Below are positions 12,458 to 24,802 of a DNA stretch of 64,000 nt, in pieces. Within the stretch, counting starts at the first letter, position 1; each line of letters opens with the position of its first letter. The translations under genes and the position numbers were made by a program. The notes beneath the pieces were generated by a model. The model made no database searches. It was not told the origin of the DNA and was given only the letters and a program-made list of their open reading frames with translations. The stretch is taken from contig OX597816.1 in NCBI GenBank assembly GCA_951406725.2, forward strand, positions 169,074,001 through 169,138,000. Direction: 5' to 3'. Source of the stretch: Octopus vulgaris (taxonomy: Eukaryota).

Positions 12458-15400
12458 TTACATATTTATGCTTAAAATAGTGTCGTCTTTCATACTGACC
12501 ATTTTTGCCACTTTTACCCACTTTTTATTAAAACATTCGTTCGACAAAGCCTTCCTCTCTATTCTCATCCTCCTTTTCAAGTGGTACTTGAAAAAGTTGA
12601 CGAGAGACTGACCAGAGAGGAAGGTGTTTGTTTGCAGTCCTTTCAAACGCGTCCACCACACACATTCTTTCGCCATAGCCATCAGCGTAACGAAAACCGT
12701 TTTCCCTTCCCGTTTAAAGGAAGGTGGTGGAACAATATTCACAATAGACTCGGCCGATAGGCGAGCCTGACCTACACGTGACAACAGCTGTTCGACGAAG
12801 GACCACAGCTCTGAAATATCTGGACACTGCACGAGTGCGTGCAGAACGGTTTCGTCGCTCTGACCGCATCTCGGGCAGGTCGGTCCGGTGATGGTTTTCG
12901 AACCGTGTCTGTAGCTCTTCTCTCGAACAGGTAGTGCGTCTCGATAGCACTGCCAAGCCAGGGATTTCTGGAAGTTATCCATAGGCCCCGGCCCGAACGT
13001 CGTTCTGAACAGGCGGGTTAGGAATTCCTCGTCGACGCCCAGGTTTGCCCCGAGTGTGTCGTCGGACCTCCCCTCCACTAGTCCTCTATAGAACGCTTTA
13101 GTCGTTTGGAAGTTGCACAAGTTTGACCCCGGTCGGCAGAGCTGCTGTAGAGCTTGGCGACACTCTCGGTGCCAATCGCCCAGTTTCGGTCTCTTTTTGA
13201 TCCACGTTTGCAGTTCGGTCAGTGAGACGAGCTGCGGGAAGTCGCGCCTCACAAACGGCGCCCACACCTGTTCACCGTCGTCGATGAATTTCCAGAGATG
13301 TCGCAGTCTCAGCGCATGCCTGCGCATCATCAACCACGGCATGCCCAGTCCTCCATTCAACGGATGTTGACAGCAAATGGACTTCCTCACCATCGGAACG
13401 CCACCCTTCCACAGGAAGCGGAAGAGTATGCGTTCCAGTTTGGTGATGGTTGCGTCGGGACAAGGTACGACGGTCAGGCGGTAATCGATGACGGATGCGA
13501 TGTACGCGTTCGCCACCTCCGCCCGGCCTTTTAGAGACAGCTTTCTCTCGGCCCATGTTTGGCTGAGAGCGACCACTCTACTCGTGATCTCGTCCCAGTT
13601 CTTATCCATTTGGAGGTCCGGACTGAACCAGACCCCGAGCAATTTAACCGGTCCGTCCGTCCAGCGTCCCACTACTGAGCCGCAGTCGGACGGCATGGGC
13701 TTGCTTCTCCAGGTGCCGAGTAGCAAACCCACTGACTTTTCCGGGTTAATCTTTGCTCCCGTCACCGTTTCATATTTTCTTAGTGTCTCGCCGACCAGCT
13801 CGATGTGCTGGTAGCTCGACACTATGACGGTGACATCGTCCGCATATGCCGACACGCTCGTCCCGCAACCCAGTTCCCGTGGGATGCCTCTCAGTGTCGC
13901 CAGCTTCCGCAGTAGCGGCTCGAGAGTCAATACATACAGAAGCGCCGACAGGGGACACCCCTGACGGACCGAACGCGTGATGTCAAACGGTTTAGACAGG
14001 TGACCGTTCACCCGAATCACCGATCGGATGCCGCTATACAAGGCAGCGATCCAACCGCGGAAGACGGGACCGAAGCCAGCCGCCCTGAGGACGGCCGCCA
14101 AGTACCGATGGTCGACCCTATCGAAGGCTTTAGACTGATCCAAATTTATCAGCGCCCCACCCATGCCAGGATCCTTAACTACCCTGTCCACAATGTAGCG
14201 CATCAGATGGAGGTTGTCATGTATGGTTCTGCCCGGCACGGCGCATGTTTGCGCCCTGTCGATCAGTTTACCAATGACAAGCGCCAACCTCTCGGCTATT
14301 ACTTTGGCCAAAATTTTCAAATCTGCGTTGAGCAGAGTGATGGGCCTGAAATTATCTATAAAATTCCCCTTGTTTGAGTCTTTCTTCAGCAACGTCACTG
14401 CACCTCGGCTCACGAAACCGGGGATTCTCCCGTTTTGTTGCCAGTTGCAGTAGACTGATGCCAAGAGGTCGCCAAACAAGTCTGGCATTCGACAATACAG
14501 CTCGTAGGGTAAACCATCCAATCCAGGCGACTTATCCCTCGCGCAGCCCGCCATCGCATCCCACACGTCAGCGGCTGTGATGGGACTTTCACAACACTCC
14601 GCTTCTCTTGCCGAGAGCCGCGGCAGGTCGGTCAGGTAGGCACTGAAATCCATCCCTCGTTCCGACCCACCACTCGCACCAAACAGTCGAGCAAAGTGCT
14701 GTTGAAAGGCCTCACACATCCTTTCGGGTTCGAGTAAACTGCATCCCTGTTGATCTATTAGAGACCGAATGGTTGATCTGTTGCCACGCTGCGCCTCCGC
14801 TACCCGGGCCTCTCGCGCAGCTTCAATCCCTTCGTTCCTTAAGGCACGCATTTTAGCTCTGACGACGCAACCTTCGTGCTTGGCGTTGAGGTGTTGGTCG
14901 AGGGCCATCCTCGCAGCCAGCACGTTGGTTGCGCTGCCAGTGGTAAGTGCCTCTTCTAGTTTCTTAACTAAGTCTCCCTCTACTCTATTTCGTTCTATCG
15001 CTAATTCCTTGCTAAACCTAATTGATTCCGATTTTATTGCCATTTTCAGGGCGTACCACCAGCGGTTGTTAACGACCGCTCCTGTCAGCGCCCTCTTAAT
15101 TAACTCGCTAATCCGGTTCCTGTAAACCTGTCGCGCTAACAGCGACGTGTTCAGTTTCCAGTAACCGGGACCCTGCCTATGTGTTTTATCTAAGTCGAGC
15201 GTACACGTAACAAATTTGTGATCTGTGTAGCTGACTATTTTAAATTGTGGACAACCTACACTATCCCTATCCGCTGTCCTGCATAGAATTCTATCTAGAT
15301 AAGATCTCGACGATCCGACGCGGTTTGTCCAAGTCCACGTTGGCACGTTCGGATGGTCGAGTCGGAACCTGTCAGACAAATGGAAACGTCTGAGCAGGTC

Positions 15401-15907
15401 TTTGAGGCTCTTACACCCCCTTCTATTCCTATCCCTTCCCACATAATCTAGATGCGTGTCCAAGGTAGCGTTCCAATCCCCTACTAACAGTAAAGTTCTA
15501 GACGTACCCAGGAAAACCTCTAGACGTCTGAAGAAATCCGCCCGACCCGTTAAGGACGGTGCATAAACTGCCATCAGACGGAATGCACACCCATTTCTGC
15601 CATCCACGTCCAAGACAACCAGCCTACCCTCCGGGTCTAGGAATATTGCTCTTACTTTTACCTTTAGACTCTTTCGAAAAAGCACCGCAGTACCTCCACC
15701 ACCCATGTTCGGCAGACAGGGAGAAAAATAAATGTCAAATTGATTGCCAAACATGGACTCGAGGGCCCGCGGCTTACTGAGTCTGGTTTCGCTGATAGCT
15801 ACTAAATCCACGTCCAGTGACTTGATGTCGTTTAGAAGGTAACCTTGCTTCCAAGCCGACGCCAAGCCACGCGCATTCACACAACCTAATTTAAGCATAC
15901 TTGACAT
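12458..15907 (-). CDS. LINE ORF2: APE endonuclease, reverse transcriptase and C-terminal zinc finger (1149 aa)
   Basis: APE motifs NARGL, ISETRL, VYAP, GDWN, YLDRI, TDH; RT motifs SPGLDG, FRPITLLN, DQSKAFDRVDH, RQGCPLS, YADD; zinc finger CPRC...HALVQC. Confidence 0.97.
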   Translation of the reverse strand: MSSMLKLGCVNARGLASAWKQGYLLNDIKSLDVDLVAISETRLSKPRALESMFGNQFDIYFSPCLPNMGGGGTAVLFRKSLKVKVRAIFLDPEGRLVVLDVDGRNGCAFRLMAVYAPSLTGRADFFRRLEVFLGTSRTLLLVGDWNATLDTHLDYVGRDRNRRGCKSLKDLLRRFHLSDRFRLDHPNVPTWTWTNRVGSSRSYLDRILCRTADRDSVGCPQFKIVSYTDHKFVTCTLDLDKTHRQGPGYWKLNTSLLARQVYRNRISELIKRALTGAVVNNRWWYALKMAIKSESIRFSKELAIERNRVEGDLVKKLEEALTTGSATNVLAARMALDQHLNAKHEGCVVRAKMRALRNEGIEAAREARVAEAQRGNRSTIRSLIDQQGCSLLEPERMCEAFQQHFARLFGASGGSERGMDFSAYLTDLPRLSAREAECCESPITAADVWDAMAGCARDKSPGLDGLPYELYCRMPDLFGDLLASVYCNWQQNGRIPGFVSRGAVTLLKKDSNKGNFIDNFRPITLLNADLKILAKVIAERLALVIGKLIDRAQTCAVPGRTIHDNLHLMRYIVDRVVKDPGMGGALINLDQSKAFDRVDHRYLAAVLRAAGFGPVFRGWIAALYSGIRSVIRVNGHLSKPFDITRSVRQGCPLSALLYVLTLEPLLRKLATLRGIPRELGCGTSVSAYADDVTVIVSSYQHIELVGETLRKYETVTGAKINPEKSVGLLLGTWRSKPMPSDCGSVVGRWTDGPVKLLGVWFSPDLQMDKNWDEITSRVVALSQTWAERKLSLKGRAEVANAYIASVIDYRLTVVPCPDATITKLERILFRFLWKGGVPMVRKSICCQHPLNGGLGMPWLMMRRHALRLRHLWKFIDDGEQVWAPFVRRDFPQLVSLTELQTWIKKRPKLGDWHRECRQALQQLCRPGSNLCNFQTTKAFYRGLVEGRSDDTLGANLGVDEEFLTRLFRTTFGPGPMDNFQKSLAWQCYRDALPVREKSYRHGSKTITGPTCPRCGQSDETVLHALVQCPDISELWSFVEQLLSRVGQARLSAESIVNIVPPPSFKREGKTVFVTLMAMAKECVWWTRLKGLQTNTFLSGQSLVNFFKYHLKRRMRIERKALSNECFNKKWVKVAKMVSMKDDTILSINM

Positions 15908-15964
15908 TTACGAAAATTGTGTTTTACACACTATATTAGAAGAGACAAGAGGCAAGAAGTGAGG

Positions 15965-17854
15965 TCACTTACTCATTTTAAAAGTTTCATTTTTTTCTTC
16001 TTCTTCTTCATTTGTATCGTTTTTGATGAGGTGTTTGTATAGTTTTTTCGACAGGTATCGTTGATACCCGCCTACTGCATTCGGAAATAATGTTTTCAGT
16101 ATGTGGTGTTGTGCTTGTGTTATGTGTAAAATTCTGATGTGTTTCGGTGGTGTGGTGTGCGGATGATTTTTTGTCTTAAAATCATCTTCACAGACGACCA
16201 TGTTAGATTTGATGTAGTCCATTAATTCTTTATTGTCTGTGTCTATTGCAGTTAGTTGTGTGTGTGGTTTTACGGGTTCATTACTTTTTTGATTGTCTAG
16301 GGGAATGTTGTCCTGAGTGAGATATCTCCCTGCTTTAATTCCTTGTTTGGTGGATTTTTTGGATCTTTTTCTTTTACCCCCTGTGGCTATTTGCCATTCC
16401 GTCGAACTTTCTTCGTCCGACGTATCAGTATGGGGTAGAGGAAAAAGAACAGGATCACTATGTATGCTTGTATAAATTGTTGATGTTTTGTGCGGTGTTT
16501 GTGTTGTTGTGGTGTTAGGGGTAGCATTTGTCTTCTCGTCAGTGTTTTCTGTCTTTTTAATTGTCGTCCTGGGTGTGGGCGTGGGTCTATTTTTTGTTAA
16601 TTCAACAGGTTTAATTGGTTGTGAAGTCAACGGTGATTGTGTTGGTACTGTTTTTCTTGGTGATGTTGTTGGGGTTTGTCTGCTGGTTTGTTGTTTTTCT
16701 TGGCGTTGTTCCATAATTGAGTGTGTTGGTGTTGGTGTTGGCAACAAAGGGATTTTATTTGTTTTCTGAATTGTTCTTTCTTGTTTTTTCTGTACCAGAT
16801 CGCACTTGGCAATCAAATGTTCGGGGCTGCCACATTTGTAGCATCTAGGCTTTTTGCCTTCTGCCATAACATATAAGCATTGCCCATTCTCCAAGTATAT
16901 CTTGTCGGGTAGGCTCTCGATAGAGGCCCCCTCAATCTGGATGGTCACTACTACTGTTTTTCCACCCCAATTGTCGTTTAGGTACACGGCTGTTTCTAGA
17001 ATATTGATCTTTTTCAAGTGGTAACAGATTGCCCCTGTTATCCATTTGTTCGGCATATCGGGGGGTACATTTCTGATAGTAATTCTACTCACCCCCTGGT
17101 TTTTATAATAAGGGACCATGATGATTTCATCAATTCCCAGAGACTCAGTAGAGTGAGCTTTTGCCACTTCCTGGTTAGGGAAGCGGACCACTACTGTGTT
17201 AAACTGGGGACCCCAGTTTATATACTCTTTTTCTTTCATTATGTTTTTTAAACATTTCTCCACATCAGTTTTTGTAATCTGTTCATTTGGTTTTTTGTTT
17301 TTTCTAATAATTTTATATACAATTGTCTTATTTTCAATTTCTTCTTTTATATGTTGAGGTGTATGCAGGACTAAATCTTGTCCACGGGTTGTAAAGAGAG
17401 CTCTTGTTTCTATGAGCTCTTCATTTGTGAATGTAACAATCTCCTTTTTCTGGCGAAGAATATCTGCGAAATTTACTGTTGTTGACTTTTTTGTATTGGC
17501 ATCTTCACTATTAGATAGTTCATTTTTATTGTTGTTCTTGTTGTTGCTGTTGTTTTTGTCAATAGTTTTCGTTTCAGTTTTATTTTTATCATTTATGTTG
17601 GTCGTGGTCGTGGTGGTGGTGGTGGTGGAGGTGGTGGTGGTAGCAGTTGTTGTCTCGTGGTTGCTGTTGTTAGTGGTGGTGGTGGCGGTGGTGACAGGGC
17701 TGTTAACGCACGTGGTTGCAGCGTTCCTTTCACCGAATTTCACGTTGGCATTTTCCGTGCGAACGTTCTTTTTTCTCTCTGTCGTTTCCAGACTAGGAAA
17801 ATTTTGTTCCAAAAAAGAACGCGACCAGCGTTCAACAATAAAATTTCTAGACAT
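15965..17854 (-). CDS. LINE ORF1, gag-like nucleic-acid-binding protein (629 aa)
   Basis: Open frame directly upstream of ORF2; CCHC knuckle CYKCGSPEHLIAKC; Thr/Asn low-complexity N-terminus. Confidence 0.9.
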   Translation of the reverse strand: MSRNFIVERWSRSFLEQNFPSLETTERKKNVRTENANVKFGERNAATTCVNSPVTTATTTTNNSNHETTTATTTTSTTTTTTTTTNINDKNKTETKTIDKNNSNNKNNNKNELSNSEDANTKKSTTVNFADILRQKKEIVTFTNEELIETRALFTTRGQDLVLHTPQHIKEEIENKTIVYKIIRKNKKPNEQITKTDVEKCLKNIMKEKEYINWGPQFNTVVVRFPNQEVAKAHSTESLGIDEIIMVPYYKNQGVSRITIRNVPPDMPNKWITGAICYHLKKINILETAVYLNDNWGGKTVVVTIQIEGASIESLPDKIYLENGQCLYVMAEGKKPRCYKCGSPEHLIAKCDLVQKKQERTIQKTNKIPLLPTPTPTHSIMEQRQEKQQTSRQTPTTSPRKTVPTQSPLTSQPIKPVELTKNRPTPTPRTTIKKTENTDEKTNATPNTTTTQTPHKTSTIYTSIHSDPVLFPLPHTDTSDEESSTEWQIATGGKRKRSKKSTKQGIKAGRYLTQDNIPLDNQKSNEPVKPHTQLTAIDTDNKELMDYIKSNMVVCEDDFKTKNHPHTTPPKHIRILHITQAQHHILKTLFPNAVGGYQRYLSKKLYKHLIKNDTNEEEEEKNETFKMSK

Positions 17855-18058
17855 TTTCTAATGTCGAGAAGAAAATAATAGAAATGAAATGGGGTCGAAA
17901 CTGCCCCTAGGGGCGAATTCCTCCCTTGTAAAAGCACTCAAATGAAAGTTGGTTGCCTTACACACCTTATTTGCAAAAATCTACACAAAAATTGGCCTAT
18001 AAATAGTCAAAATAAACGATTACCTTCGGAGCCGAAACGACATCACATCCGTCAATAG

Positions 18059-18089
<31 letters not shown>

Positions 18090-18104
18090 GATAGATAGAT
18101 AGAC

Positions 18105-18163
<59 letters not shown>

Positions 18164-18172
18164 TAGATAGAC

Positions 18173-18253
<81 letters not shown>

Positions 18254-18259
18254 TACAGG

Positions 18260-18293
<34 letters not shown>

Positions 18294-18299
18294 TACAGG

Positions 18300-18335
<36 letters not shown>

Positions 18336-18999
18336 GATAAGAACAGAAAACAGAGAAAGGAACTCGCCGTATTTGACTGTTCAGCTACAATATTTATGGA
18401 TGCCCTTCTTTGTGTATTTGCAGGTATGTGGGCTTACATGTGCACATTTGTACATCTCTAGTTATATATGCATGTGTATAAGTATATGTATGCATGTGCA
18501 GGCGCATAGCCTAGTGATTAGGATGCTGCGCTCACGATCGCGAGACCATGGTTTCGATTCCTGGACCGAGTGTTATGTTGTGTTCTTGGGCAAAACTCTT
18601 CATTTCATGTTGCTCCGCGGCCACTTCGACATCTGATATGCGGCACACTGTACACCTGTACATGCAATGTCGATTTCATTGAGGAACTGGAGCTCTAACG
18701 AGCAGCATAAACATTTGATCACTGCATACAAATCATCTGCGCAGGCGAGGCTGTGTAGCAAGTAGTTTGTTTCATAGCCACATGGTTTCTCATTCAGTCA
18801 TAAAAGAATCATCCATAACTTGCAGTAAGCAACATTTATTAAACGTTATTACTGTTATTTCTTTATTTTTTGCAAACAAAATGCACAAAAACCTACACGT
18901 TTACATTATGTTATATATGCAATAATAATAAAGGACGTTACCATATACATTTTTACAAACCAAGGACGCTATATAGACCTCCTTGACTCAAGTTAGAGA

Positions 19000-19104
19000 A
19001 GGGGTTAGTATTATACACCAGGTTTAGGTTTTTCAGAGGTACAGCCGCCTAAAATTCCCCTGCGTATTATACTCAAGGGCGGACTATACTCGAGGATTTA
19101 CGGT
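19000..19104. mobile_element. pogo/Tigger-like MITE terminus
   Basis: Ends TATACTCGAGGATTTACGG|TA. Confidence 0.5.
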
Positions 19105-19193
19105 ATATATATATATATATATATATTGGTAAAAACGGTAAGATAACAAAAGAAAGAAAGAGACCTCAATATTATGTAAATAGAGGAAATTTA

Positions 19194-19246
<53 letters not shown>

Positions 19247-19257
19247 ACTATCAGTTG

Positions 19258-19326
<69 letters not shown>

Positions 19327-19389
19327 ACTATCAGTTGTCATAAAAAAACCCGTTGAATGAAGAGAAGTTACTCCAGTACGTAGTTTTGG

Positions 19390-19925
19390 TGGCAGTCCAC
19401 GGGACTATCACTCAGACGTAGATGCACACTGCATCGACAACAGATTGCATTCCCAGAATACAGAATGATACCCTTTAGTGAGCATATTGAGAAATGCGCA
19501 AAGCAACTACTACCACAATTTTTAATCTTTCCATTCTATCAATGTGCTATTGGAACACCAACACAAATTAGATTAAACAAGGAAACATTCTTCATTGAAA
19601 AATATAAGCCCAAACTTAACCACTCTAACATTCTTATACAGAGAAACTCACCCCATTAAATAAAAGGGACAAGAAATATAAAGCGATTATCCCCCTTACA
19701 CCGGAAGAAATCACTTATTACCTCCCCTTACCTGGAACTCTTTTTTACACTTCATAACGAAGACATAACACGATATTTTGAGAAATTTGAAAAGTTAACA
19801 CGAAACCGGTAATTTCTTCAAAAACTGTATGAAAAAATTTTATAACATTCTTCTGACATAATGACTCAAATATATTTTTCAACCTTTTAAAACAAGCCTT
19901 CTGTAGTTTTTCACTTTTTACTATT

Positions 19926-19930
<5 letters not shown>
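19390..19930 (+). mobile_element. Penelope-like element 3' fragment (GIY-YIG endonuclease C-terminus plus terminal repeat)
   Basis: TGLSLRRRCTLHRQQIAFPEYRMIPFSEHIEKC...RLNKETFFIEKYKPKLN; lies between (TA)n tracts. Confidence 0.75.
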
Positions 19931-19980
<50 letters not shown>

Positions 19981-20099
19981 GGTGTAAACACATAAATGTG
20001 AAACAAGGTGGAAAAAAGAGTACTCAAATACCGGTGGTAGAGTAATATGCTTTATTTAAAGCAGCAGAAAATTCTGAATTTTCTGCTGCTTTAAATAAA

Positions 20100-20177
<78 letters not shown>

Positions 20178-20455
20178 GAAAATGAAAACGCAAATCCTAG
20201 GCAGTCAACCAAATTCTCGAACGCATTAATGATATTCAATCAATGTAATTGAATCATATATATTTATATACACCAACATAAATCATGCATGTATAGGCAT
20301 AAAGATTCTCCAACGGTATAAAGAATAATACCAAACATACACAAGAATATAGGAGAGATATAATAGCATATAAAATCACACATATAAATAAGGATTACAT
20401 GTATAAAATTATGCGCGATAAGTGTAAGGTGCACAAAGCGAATGAAAGGTTGATA

Positions 20456-20620
20456 GGCGCAGGAGTGGCTGTGTGGTAAGTAGCTTGCTAACCAACCACA
20501 TGGTTGCGGGTTCAGTCCCACTGCGTGGCACTTTGGGCAACTGTCTTCTGCTATAGCTCCGGGCCGACCAATGCCTTGTGAGTTGATTTGGTAGACGGAA
20601 ACTGAAAGAAGCCTGTCGTA

Positions 20621-20664
<44 letters not shown>

Positions 20665-20890
20665 CGTGTGTGTGTGTGTTTGTGTTCTGTGTTTGTCCCC
20701 CTAGCATTGCTTGACAACCGATGCTGGTGTGTTTACGTCCCCGTAACTTAGCGGTTCGGCAAAAGAGACCGATAGAATAAGTACTGGGCTTACAAAGAAT
20801 AAGTCTCGGGGTCGATTTGCTCGACTAAAGGCGGTGCTCCAGCATGGCCGCAGTCAAATGACTGAAACAAGTATAAGAGTATAAGAGTAA
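20456..20890 (+). mobile_element. SINE family A
   Basis: Full copy nested inside an inverted-repeat element. Confidence 0.9.
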
Positions 20891-22159
20891 GAGATATAGG
20901 ATTAAAAATGTCAATCTTCAAAATGGCAGACCGCCTAAATCGTCTAAAATTTCTAATACATCTAAGATATGAGATAAAAGTTTAAGAATAGTAAACAAAA
21001 AAGGATCCGAAAAATGAGGGTGTTACATCTAGGGTTGACTGCCTAGGACTCGCGTTTTCATTTTCCTCTAGTTTTTTCTTATTTCACATTGGGTCTCTAC
21101 GAGCACTCCGTAATTAGTCCATACTTTCTATAATATACTTATTATATATACGAGCAAAACGCCTCCCCCCCGTCCAATGGAGGTACTGAGTTGTCAAACA
21201 TTTAAACCAAATTTTCTCAAAACAACTTGTCCGACCGTCCCATAGGCCTCCCTTTGAGAAACACTGATTTAACCTAAATTTGAGACACCAGCAAATGAAG
21301 AAATAAAGATAGACCTTTTTTCTATTCCAAAGAAGAAAAACGATTTTATTCACACAAATATGCAACCGAAGAGTTTAAAGTATCAGTAATGATAAGGCTG
21401 TTGACTGGGAGAACGGCTTTATCGATCGTATTCTCACCTAGAATCGATTTTTGTAATTTTTTCAAGACTTATACACGTCCTGATACCGTTGGTATCTACA
21501 TATCAAATTTGAGCGCAATCGGATGGAGGATACCTGAGATCCTAGAAGACACACACATAGACAGATAAAACTGATTTTATATAATAGATATGTGTGTGGT
21601 GTGTGAGTGTATATGTAAATGTGTGTGCGTGTTTGTTTGTGAGTGTGCATATATATGCCTTTATATTTGCACGCACACGCGCGCACACACACACATATAT
21701 AGACACACACACACACACACGCATATATACATATGCGTATTTTTAAATTATAAGTATAATTTTTAAATACACACGCACTCAGTCACACACACAACGAATA
21801 CATATTCACACATTTACACAATCAGAATGTATTTCCCTGAATGGTTTGTTAGTCTTAGACAATTTTTGTCACTTGATATTATTCTCTTTCTCTTTTAGAG
21901 TCGGTCCCAAATGCCACCGAGCGATTGTTTAACCTTTTCTGGAAGCGGATGTAATTGAAGAATTCATGTATGTACTATATATACTTTTACTCCTCTCTGT
22001 TGAAGCTACTCAACTCACTGATGTAGCTTCTTGGGGATAAATAAAGATTATGTTTCTGTCCTGAGTACGATTACTTTCGCTTGTATAAACAATCACATGC
22101 ATACATATAAGCATACACACATGTACGTAACGTTTGTGTCTCATATACATACATAATAT

Positions 22160-23175
22160 ATACATACATACATACATACATACATACATACATACATACA
22201 TACATACATACATACATACATACATACATACATACACACATACATACATGCATGCGTGCATACATACATACATACATACACACATACATACATACACACA
22301 TACATACATACATACATACATACATACATACATACACACATACATACATACATACATACATACATACATACATACACATACATACATACATACATACATA
22401 CATACATACATACACACATACATACATACATACATACATACATTCATACATACACACATACATACATACATACATACATACATACATACATACATACATA
22501 CGTGCAGACATACATACATACATACATACACACATACATGCATACATACACACATACATACATACATACATACATACATACATTCATACATACACACATG
22601 CATACATACATACATACATACGTACATACATACATACATACATACATACATACACACATACATACATACATACATACATACATACATACACACATACATA
22701 CATACATACATACATACATACATACATACATACATACATACATACATACATACATACGACATACATACATACATACATACATACATACATACACACATAC
22801 ATACATACATACATACATACATACATGCATACATACATACATACATACATACATACATACATACATACATTCATACATACATACATACATACATACATAC
22901 ATACATACATACATACATACATACATACATACACACATACATACATACATACATACATACATACATTACATACATACATACATACATACACACATTCATA
23001 CATACATACATACATACATACATACATACATACATACATACACACACACACATTCATACATACACACACATACATACATACATACATACATACATACATA
23101 CATACATACATGCATACATACATACACACATACATACATACATACATACATACATACATACATACATACATACGT
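22160..23175. repeat. ~1 kb (CATA)n microsatellite
   Basis: Direct reading. Confidence 0.98.
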
Positions 23176-23297
23176 ACATATGTATGTATGCATATACATG
23201 CGTGATTATGTATACACACATGCGTGTGTATACATAAATACGTGTATAATATATGTGTATACACTAACATGCCTCTCTCTATATACATGTATAATAT

Positions 23298-23610
23298 GTC
23301 TTGCAAACAACTTGCACATGCAAGTGCTACCAGTTAAAAGCTCCGTATACCGGAAGCCAGCAAGTGCATGGGGTCATCAGGAGAGGATGCACGCGCGATT
23401 CGGGGCCTACCGCTCGACAGCATCAATGCACATCGGCCCCACTCACTGATACGAGACCCCGCTTGCTAGATCAGCTGGTTATGAAGAACTCAATATCCTT
23501 CTAGCCATCGCTCATCATTTCTTTTTAACCAAATCCAGTGGCTAGCCTTCTCCACTGTAGATTGGATATCAGTCATGGTGGTATTGACTTTACGATGAGT
23601 TAGGCCTAGC
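23298..23610 (-). mobile_element. 3' fragment of a HERO-like (RLE-type) LINE
   Basis: C-terminus LGLTHRKVNTTMTDIQSTVEKASHWIWLKRNDERWLEGY* (not in the ORF track), then a GC-rich 3' UTR. Confidence 0.65.
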
Positions 23611-24389
23611 GATAACAACAGTTATACAATTTATAAGTATACACAGTATGTATATATCATCAACCTTTCGAGTGTTATGTAACTTATGTTGTATGGAAAT
23701 CACCCATTCATTCTTACGTATACAGCCATTTACAACACACACACACACACACACATATAGACACACTTTAGCAGTATAACATCAATAGTTGAATATCAAA
23801 TGAAATTCAATAATTCTTATAGTTACGAACAGGTTTAATGGACATTAATCACATTAATGTAGTTCGTTTTGGTTTTCTTGTTTTCTCTTGTGTTGATCTC
23901 AGCTGTTTATTTTAAGTGTTACTATGAATTATTAGGTATTATCCTCAACGGGATTATTGCATCAATATCTGAGACGAAAAACGTATTTGTGGCTAGCAAA
24001 GCAGAGCTAGAGATAAAGTTGAGATTGCAAAGTTAGTTCATACGCCTCGTTGAAGCTAATTTACTTTTTTTTTTTTCACTTACCTCCTGTAACACTCGTT
24101 AAAAGAATCGTGAAGGTCACAATATTCATCTTCTAAAAGCTACTCAGGGTTCATTTACTAAATCTCTATCTCTTGATAAATCAATTAATGATGTATACAA
24201 AATTCCTCAATTAATTGGAATTTTTCTTGTTGTTGTTGAAAGAAAACAAAACTTATTTTACATTTAGAAATAAAGTTACGAAAAGTTTTTAACCAATATT
24301 AATTTACATAATTAAAAGATTTGAGCTACAACAAGTTACGCAAGTGAGTTAATGGCGTGGATTTAGATAAATCTGGTAACCTCTTTTCT

Positions 24390-24603
24390 TACCTCTTTTA
24401 CTTGTTTCAGTCATTTGACTGTGGCCATGCTGGAGCACCGCCTTTAGTCGAGCAAATCGACCCCGGGACTAATTCTTTGTAAGCCCAGTACTTATTCTAT
24501 CAGTCTCTTTTGCTGATCCGCTAAGTTACGGGGATGTAAACACACCAGCATCGGTTGTCAAGCAATGCTAGGAGGACAAACACAGACACACAAACACACA
24601 CGC

Positions 24604-24636
<33 letters not shown>

Positions 24637-24802
24637 TACGACAGGCTTCTTTCAGTTTCCGTCAACCAAATCCACTCACAAGGCTTTGGTCGGCCCGAGG
24701 CTATAGTAGAAGACACTTGCCCAAGATGCCACGCAGTGGGACTGAACCCGGAACCATGTGGTTGGTAAACAAGCTACCTACCACACAGCCACTCCTGCGC
24801 CT
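24390..24802 (-). mobile_element. SINE family A
   Basis: Full reverse-complement copy. Confidence 0.9.

Larger units (their letters stand above)
12149..18054 (-). mobile_element. Full-length L1/Tx1-clade non-LTR retrotransposon inserted in (GATA)n
   Basis: Two intact ORFs separated by 57 bp, ~200 bp 5' UTR and ~310 bp 3' UTR ending CAATAAAAAGTT directly into (ATCT)n; (GATA)n on both flanks. Confidence 0.95.

Noticed and set aside
13113-15125. Antisense ORFs within LINE ORF2
   Set aside because: Expected shadow frames of a GC-rich coding region.
19200-19340. Doubled (TA)n-GGACTATCAGTTGTCA unit
   Set aside because: Likely slippage or an assembly artefact at a TA tract.
21899-21967. Plus-strand exon-like segment with good splice sites
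   Set aside because: Stops in all three frames and no partner exon identified.
23370-23407. CTGATGA and GAAT motif in the HERO-like 3' UTR as a hammerhead
   Set aside because: Core order is permuted and I could not close the three stems.
22010-23449. Long ORFs of MYVC/HTYI repeats (also the YI, LSIY and ER ORFs elsewhere)
   Set aside because: Stop-free translations of (CATA)n, (TA)n, (GATA)n and (GA)n microsatellites.
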